12,796 nucleotides of DNA from the NCBI GenBank assembly GCA_041736305.1, contig JBGSTX010000137.1, forward strand, positions 1 to 12,796, written 5' to 3'. Of this stretch, positions 7,850 through 12,796 are shown one piece after another. Position 1 is the stretch's first letter, and each line of letters opens with the position of its first letter. This DNA comes from Oligoflexus sp. (GTDB taxonomy: Bacteria > Bdellovibrionota_B > Oligoflexia > Oligoflexales > Oligoflexaceae). Under the pieces are notes generated by a model. That model was given only the letters and a program-made list of their open reading frames with translations. It had not been told where the DNA came from and did not search any database. The position numbers were made by a program, and so were the translations under genes.

Positions 7850-8049
7850 TGGGAGGGTTCCAAGAAAATCTGCCTTCCCATGACTCTCCCAGTGTAAGAG
7901 ATAAATAAGAGGCTGACAGCCTCCTGCAAAAAACCTCTGCTTTCATCCTGTATGTACATATAAATCGGTACCATGCTTTTATCTCGTCTGACATGCTTTT
8001 CATCTTTTATTCTCAGGCTGCACGGGGATAATCTTGGAAAGCCCTCCCA
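7850..8049. repeat. Long-range imperfect inverted repeat bracketing the doxX/ferritin-like intergenic region
   Basis: Left arm 7850-7870 TGGGAGGG--TTCCAAGAAAATC versus reverse complement of right arm 8027-8049 TGGGAGGGCTTTCCAAGATTATC: 19 of 21 identical with one 2-nt indel. Confidence 0.75.
7909..7923. promoter_or_regulatory. Perfect 7-1-7 palindrome, candidate operator
   Basis: GAGGCTG-A-CAGCCTC between divergent genes. Function is inferred only. Confidence 0.45.
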
Positions 8050-8068
8050 TTATCAAAGAGGTGTCTAA

Positions 8069-9238
8069 ATGGGATTAAAAATTGAAGGAAACTCCGGCTA
8101 CCCCTTAGAAAAGCAAATTCGAAGCTGGAAAGAAATCGTTCAAGAACCCATCAGTAAACTGGACAACGATGCTTTTACGCGGGTTCGACTGATTCTAATG
8201 AATGGCCTAGAGACCGAGGCCTTGCGCTTCTCTCACGCGTGCTCTCGTATGAATCGGGATCTACAAAGGGTCTTGGCAGAAATCAGGCGAGTAGAACAGC
8301 AGCAAGCGACTACCATCAACTGGCTCCTGCCAGCTGACCAGTCTCCGCTTGAAACAACGATAGGATATGAGCAGGTGGCAATTGAAGTCACGGCTGCTAT
8401 CGCCCAGCAAGAGCCCAATCCTTATCTCGCGCAAGTCTACCGCTTCGGGATGCTAGAAGATTTTGACCACATGTACCGCTATTCAGCGCTTATGGACCGC
8501 CTGGAAGGCAAAGACTCCAACGTAATTTTGCAAAGCTACACCGACATTCTACCTGGCCGACCTACCATAATCGAGCATCGGCACCCGTTTGATGACGTCA
8601 AAAACCCGTATGATAGAAGGCGCGCCGAACCGATTTCGAAACTGAACGCTCTGACAATTATGGCCGCTGAGTTTCAAACCCATGACTACTACATGAATAT
8701 CGGGCCGCTGTTTGCTGATCCTTTAGCCCGTTCTCTCTACGCTGAAATCGCTTCGATTGAAGAGCAGCATGTTACCCAGTATGAATCCATTATTGACCCA
8801 TCTGAGACCTGGATGGAGAAGTGGCTGCTCCATGAGGCCAATGAAGTCTATAATTACTACAGCTGCGTTGAAGCCGAGACAGATGCTCGTGTTAAACGCA
8901 TCTGGGAGATGTTTCTCGACTTTGAGCTTGGCCACCTGAATATGGTTATGGAGCTCTTCAAGAAGATTGAGCAACGCGATCCGATGGAAATACTTCCTAG
9001 CCATCTACCCAATCCGATTGCGTTCGAAAGTCAGAGAGAATTCGTTAGAAATGTCCTCGAAAATGAAGTGAATTTAAGCGCCGACGGACCGAACTTCGTC
9101 GATCGTTCAAAGGAAAACGATCGCACGCTTCGCTATCGTCAGCAGCTCAATGCTTCTGGTTCACCTTCTGAGCAAGTGGCCGCAGGATATCGTTGGGCAC
9201 CAGGCACAGAGCTGACCCGCAAACGCTATGCAATGTAG
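8069..9238 (+). CDS. Uncharacterised protein with tandem ferritin-like (di-metal carboxylate) repeats
   Basis: 389 aa, GAGG RBS. Four helix-pair units with E...(about 30 aa)...ExxH-like spacing: E48/E76QQQ, E101/D131xxH134, E201/E231xxH234, E256/E286xxH289. Confidence 0.8.
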   Translation: MGLKIEGNSGYPLEKQIRSWKEIVQEPISKLDNDAFTRVRLILMNGLETEALRFSHACSRMNRDLQRVLAEIRRVEQQQATTINWLLPADQSPLETTIGYEQVAIEVTAAIAQQEPNPYLAQVYRFGMLEDFDHMYRYSALMDRLEGKDSNVILQSYTDILPGRPTIIEHRHPFDDVKNPYDRRRAEPISKLNALTIMAAEFQTHDYYMNIGPLFADPLARSLYAEIASIEEQHVTQYESIIDPSETWMEKWLLHEANEVYNYYSCVEAETDARVKRIWEMFLDFELGHLNMVMELFKKIEQRDPMEILPSHLPNPIAFESQREFVRNVLENEVNLSADGPNFVDRSKENDRTLRYRQQLNASGSPSEQVAAGYRWAPGTELTRKRYAM

Positions 9239-9250
9239 AGGAGCTACGTC

Positions 9251-9991
9251 ATGAGTAATCAAGAACCAGTGCTTGGGCGCAATCGTACTGGCATTCAAAT
9301 GTCGCCAGTCCATTCAAAAGAAATGATAGAAGGTATCGATAACTTCAGCTGGGACAACGTACCGACTAGCGCCGAGGATCCCGAAGGGATCGAGATGGAT
9401 TCACTTCGCAACGCTCATGCTGTTGGCTCCATTCCTGTACCCCTTACAGTGAAAGGCATGGCTAAGACCGGACTCGAGAAGATAAAGGGCGATAGGCCAG
9501 AGCTTTTTGTCGACAAGCTTGGTGAGCGCTTGGCGTTTGAACGCTCGGGTGTACGCCTCTACGAAGCGCTCCTCAGAAAATGTATGGCGGAGAACAGTCT
9601 GCCGCCAGCGATCGACATCGTCCGACTCGAGACGATTCGGAACGAAGAACTCGAACACATGTTTCTCATCAAGCACTGTATCGAGCACGCCGGCGCGGAT
9701 CCCACCGCACTCACCCCTTCAGCGGATGTAGCTGGTGTATCAAGTCTCGGGGCGTTGCAGGTCATCTCTGATCCACGGACAAGCATTTCGCAGTCCCTAG
9801 AAGCCATCCTTATGATTGAACTTGCTGACCATGACGGTTGGGATCTTCTCATCGATATAGCTCGCAGCCAAGGCCAAGACAAAGCAGCCCAAAATTTCAT
9901 GGATGCTCTTCAGGCAGAGGCTAGGCATGTGGTTGAAATTAGGAAGATGCTGAAGGGGACGTTACTTGGTAGCCGCGCGACTCAGCTCTAA
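9251..9991 (+). CDS. Ferritin-like domain-containing protein
   Basis: 246 aa, GAGGAG RBS, 12 nt after the upstream stop. Complete di-iron ligand pattern E97 (FERSGVRLY), E133xxH136, E190, E223xxH226. Confidence 0.85.
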   Translation: MSNQEPVLGRNRTGIQMSPVHSKEMIEGIDNFSWDNVPTSAEDPEGIEMDSLRNAHAVGSIPVPLTVKGMAKTGLEKIKGDRPELFVDKLGERLAFERSGVRLYEALLRKCMAENSLPPAIDIVRLETIRNEELEHMFLIKHCIEHAGADPTALTPSADVAGVSSLGALQVISDPRTSISQSLEAILMIELADHDGWDLLIDIARSQGQDKAAQNFMDALQAEARHVVEIRKMLKGTLLGSRATQL

Positions 9992-10377
9992 GCGGTTCTT
10001 TTGGGCTGAAAGCTTGGATGCGAGATGTGGAGATTAACGCCCCTGACGCCAATGTAGCCGACGTATTCTGGGGAATCGAGTTCTTTGAAGCCTTTAGCCC
10101 CAAGCAGCCAGTCGCAAGCGAACTGACGACAAACAAGCGGCCTTACTTCATAAATAGTACAGCCGCCAGGTCCAAGATAGGGACAACGAATACCAGCTCG
10201 CTTGGCCAGGTCTTCTCCGGTATCGAAGCGGGTCGTATAGCCAGGTTTGGATTCAATCTCGAGATGGGTGCAGCAGACAGTGCAGGTCGTGCAGCTGCGA
10301 CCCTTCTTCGGTATCCCGTCTCCAGTGTGCTTCTTACTAAAGTCTTGCGACATCGTGCTTGCCTCTGCATCGTCCAT
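9988..10377 (-). CDS. YkgJ-family cysteine cluster protein (putative Zn/Fe-chelating, CxxCxxCC)
   Basis: CTTCTVCC...CPYL...GCTIYEVRPLVCRQFAC. The start could be the ATG at 10377 or 10353. Its stop overlaps the stop of the convergent ferritin-like gene (CTAA, 9988-9991). Confidence 0.85.
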   Translation of the reverse strand: MDDAEASTMSQDFSKKHTGDGIPKKGRSCTTCTVCCTHLEIESKPGYTTRFDTGEDLAKRAGIRCPYLGPGGCTIYEVRPLVCRQFACDWLLGAKGFKELDSPEYVGYIGVRGVNLHISHPSFQPKRTA

Positions 10378-10428
10378 ACTGCTCTAAGGATAGCATCGAA
10401 GGGTAGGCAGAGATTGCGCAGCGATATT

Positions 10429-11709
10429 TTAGTATTTGATTGATGGCCTCAGTCGCCTAAGAAACTCACCTATCGCTTTCTCACTACCCGAATCACTAGG
10501 GCGGTAGAAAACCGTGCCCTGAATCTTTTCCGGAAGGTTAGAGATCGAAGCTGCCCTAAGGGGATCATCGTGGCCGTAAATATAGTCTTTTCCGTAGCCC
10601 TGCTCTTTCATAAAACGAGTTGGTGCATTGCGGAGATGCATAGGCACTGGAAGATCGCCGCTCGCCTCTACCTTCGCGAGGGCTTCTTCAATTCCAAGAT
10701 AGCTGCGGTTAGACTTGGGACTGGAGGCGAGATAGCTGCAAGCCTGAGCCAGCAAGATCCTCGCTTCGGGCATACCTATTTCTCGGACAGCATTCATCGC
10801 CGCTTGAGCCACCACTAAAGCAGTCGGATGCGCGTTACCGATGTCTTCACTCGCGACAATTACCAGTCGTCGGGCAATGAAGAGTGGATCTTCTCCACCC
10901 TTTATCATGCGAGCCAGATAATAGAGAGCAGCATCAGGATCGCTGGCGCGTATGCTTTTGATAAAAGCTGAGATAATGTCATAGTGGAGATCACCATTTT
11001 TATCGAAATGCCGCGCGATCATCTGCAGTAAAGGGCGGACGCTTTCAAGACTGACGGTTTCTTCGCCGGATTCTCGCGCTGAGGCAAGCACCGCCTCAAG
11101 TAGATTGAGACCCGCTCGCGCGTCACCATCAGCCGCACGCGCAAGAGCCTCGCCGAGGTCGGCGTCGATGCAGAGCTTTTGCTTTTGTGCGACTCCGATG
11201 AGAAGGTCTGCGAGTTGGGCACTGTCCAACTTCTTGAAGGGAATGGTGAGGCTTCGCGATAAAAGCGCATTGTTGACTGAGAAAGAGGGGTTTTCAGTTG
11301 TGGCACCAATGAGCTTGATGGTCCCAGCCTCCACGGCAGGGAGGAGACTATCTTGCTGCCCCTTATTGAGCCGATGAATTTCGTCGAGAAATAAAATCTC
11401 AGCGTTCATGCCGAGCTCTAGCCCGGCCTTTGACCTCTGGATGGCCTCGCGAATGTCTTTCACTCCAGCTTCAACAGCTGAGAGTTCGGTGAGCGGCCGT
11501 TCCACAATTTGGGCAATGAGCCGCGCCAGTGAAGTTTTTCCAGTGCCAGGGGGACCCCAAAATAGAAGCGAATGAAAACTGTTGCTGTGCACGAGTTTCC
11601 ATAGCGGAGAACCGGGCTTCCAGATTGCCTCTTGACCGATGAGCTCGGCTGCTGTTTGAGGGCGATAGCGTGCCGCTAGCGGCATAGAATCTTCGGCTTC
11701 ACGACGCAT
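10429..11709 (-). CDS. rarA: Replication-associated recombination protein A (MgsA/RarA AAA+ ATPase)
   Basis: PLAARYRP, Walker A GPPGTGKT, Walker B FLDEIHRLNKGQQD, GATTENPSF, DGDAR, HYDIISAFIKSIRASDPDAALYYLARM, SEDIGNA, SPKSN, VPMHLRNAPT, GYGKDYIY. Start reassigned to the ATG at 11709 (GGGAG upstream), giving 426 aa. Confidence 0.95.
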   Translation of the reverse strand: MRREAEDSMPLAARYRPQTAAELIGQEAIWKPGSPLWKLVHSNSFHSLLFWGPPGTGKTSLARLIAQIVERPLTELSAVEAGVKDIREAIQRSKAGLELGMNAEILFLDEIHRLNKGQQDSLLPAVEAGTIKLIGATTENPSFSVNNALLSRSLTIPFKKLDSAQLADLLIGVAQKQKLCIDADLGEALARAADGDARAGLNLLEAVLASARESGEETVSLESVRPLLQMIARHFDKNGDLHYDIISAFIKSIRASDPDAALYYLARMIKGGEDPLFIARRLVIVASEDIGNAHPTALVVAQAAMNAVREIGMPEARILLAQACSYLASSPKSNRSYLGIEEALAKVEASGDLPVPMHLRNAPTRFMKEQGYGKDYIYGHDDPLRAASISNLPEKIQGTVFYRPSDSGSEKAIGEFLRRLRPSIKY

Positions 11710-11786
11710 GGTAAACTCCCTGCTCCTGTAAGGATCCCGACCATACAAGAAATCAGAGAGCGGATCTAGCTACGTCATTATTATGT

Positions 11787-12512
11787 TCACGGTACGGGAT
11801 TTTTAGGGGGCAAAGCTTGCTTCTCAAAACCAATTTCAAAATTTACTTTCTTACCCCGACGATCAACCTTGTCACCTGCAACCGGCGAACACGCTGCAAA
11901 CTGTGCATCGGCCTCCGCGCAGACATGAGCAAAATAGAGCAGCCCCTCATCAAAGTAGACAGAACCATATACGACTTTATCGCTACCATCGGCATTTTTC
12001 GAAATCATATCGACTTCAATGAGTCCGTTGCTCAATTTGCGACCTAGTTTGTAGGTGAAGTTGCTAACAGTCGGAAACCAGAGATATTCGAGTTCTTTGA
12101 GTTCATTGTCTGTCAAAGGCGCACCAGCAGCTGTAGCATCAGCTTGCAGGCGAGCGCGTAACTTATCGACATCAGCTTTGGTATAGCGAGATTCACAGGC
12201 ACCATCTCGATAGGATATCGCCTTGGAGTTTGCTGTGTTGTCGGGAAAAAATTGATAGACCAAGACCGTAGCAGGCTGAATAGCGTTGCCAGGATTTGCT
12301 AAGCATTGGCTTCCCCATTGGCCCACGACTACTTCGTTGGGTTGCAATTCAACTGCCTTTTGCGCATCGATGACACCTTTTTCGGCTCCAGACCCTTCAG
12401 CGACGGCTTCTTCTTCCTGCCCATCACTCGAGTCCTTGCTCTTGTTAAACTTGGCATCGCAAGCGATCAAACCCAGGAAAACGGCTCCACAAACGATCTT
12501 CCTCAAACTCAT
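11787..12512 (-). CDS. Hypothetical lipoprotein, probable disulfide-stabilised beta-barrel
   Basis: 241 aa, strong RBS AAGGAGGAG, signal peptide with lipobox LIAC (C18), acidic linker, mature Cys at 70, 106, 198 and 208, and a GQWGSQC...YRDGAC motif. Confidence 0.8.
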   Translation of the reverse strand: MSLRKIVCGAVFLGLIACDAKFNKSKDSSDGQEEEAVAEGSGAEKGVIDAQKAVELQPNEVVVGQWGSQCLANPGNAIQPATVLVYQFFPDNTANSKAISYRDGACESRYTKADVDKLRARLQADATAAGAPLTDNELKELEYLWFPTVSNFTYKLGRKLSNGLIEVDMISKNADGSDKVVYGSVYFDEGLLYFAHVCAEADAQFAACSPVAGDKVDRRGKKVNFEIGFEKQALPPKNPVP

Positions 12513-12549
12513 GAGCTAAACTCCTCCTTCATACCGTTACATAATAATC

Positions 12550-12565
12550 TGCAATAAACATGCCA
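12550..12565 (-). promoter_or_regulatory. Putative sigma54 (-24/-12) promoter for the lipoprotein gene
   Basis: Minus strand TGGCATGTTTATTGCA = GG-N10-GC, near-consensus TGGCAC-N5-TTGCA. The predicted start near 12539 leaves about 27 nt of leader containing the RBS. Confidence 0.8.
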
Positions 12566-12757
12566 TATTAGGCCTGTAAATATGTCTTGGACTTAGATAG
12601 AAAAACTTCCGCTTTGACTGATCTTTCGACGTCAATGTCAATTCTTTGGTCATAGCTGCCACTTCAATTCGGGAACTCCATTGCCTACATAAAGAGGTCA
12701 GTTCGCAATCCTGCTAGCCCTTGGTCGGATTTGGATTGGCAGCAATTGAGTCTTCCG

Positions 12758-12769
12758 AAAAAAAAAAAA
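12758..12769. repeat. A12 homopolymer tract
   Basis: Twelve consecutive A in non-coding sequence, the longest run noticed in the window. Confidence 0.8.
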
Positions 12770-12796
12770 TTATTGTGAATTCGGACATGACAAGGC

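Noticed and set aside
7948..7963. LexA-box-like CTGTATGTACATATAA
   Set aside because: The right half-site is ATAA instead of ACAG, and the flanking genes are not SOS genes.
7755..8003. 82-aa ORF across the doxX/ferritin intergenic region
   Set aside because: No convincing RBS or motif, and it overlaps the doxX start and the regulatory repeats.
8144..8644. Exact hexapeptide EPISKL occurring twice in the 389-aa protein (residues 26-31 and 187-192)
   Set aside because: The copies are out of register with the internal-duplication alignment and differ at codon level, so this is likely coincidence.
10018..10443. 141-aa plus-strand ORF as a third gene of the ferritin-like operon
   Set aside because: It lies antisense to the clearly motif-bearing YkgJ-family gene and has no recognisable features.
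11710..11748. 13-aa N-terminal extension of rarA
   Set aside because: A better RBS (GGGAG) precedes the ATG at 11709, nearer the conserved PLA-R-RP motif.
1..12796. CRISPR array, tRNA/rRNA, transposase, integrase or anti-phage defence genes
   Set aside because: No regularly spaced repeats, RNA gene signatures or relevant protein motifs were seen. The ferritin-like pair shows no nuclease, NTPase or other defence-type partner in the window.

Overview
Bacterial chromosomal segment of roughly balanced GC by eye. The gene styles suggest a deltaproteobacterial or Bdellovibrionota/Oligoflexia-like organism (inference only). In order: (1) a large hybrid sensor kinase (REC-PAS-GAF-HisKA-HATPase-REC) on the minus strand that runs off the left edge and is missing from the ORF track; (2) a divergent BON-domain lipoprotein with a sigma54-type promoter; (3) cydAB encoding a short-Q-loop cytochrome bd oxidase; (4) a TRAM-less RlmD/RlmC-type RNA m5U methyltransferase; (5) a DoxX-family membrane protein divergent from a two-gene operon of ferritin-like proteins, one with a tandem-duplicated fold, separated by a highly structured intergenic region; (6) a YkgJ-type Cys-cluster protein; (7) rarA/mgsA; (8) an uncharacterised disulfide-type lipoprotein with a near-consensus sigma54 promoter. 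The best candidate for an undescribed system is the doxX / tandem-ferritin / ferritin module with its inverted-repeat-flanked control region. No mobile elements, CRISPR arrays or RNA genes were seen.
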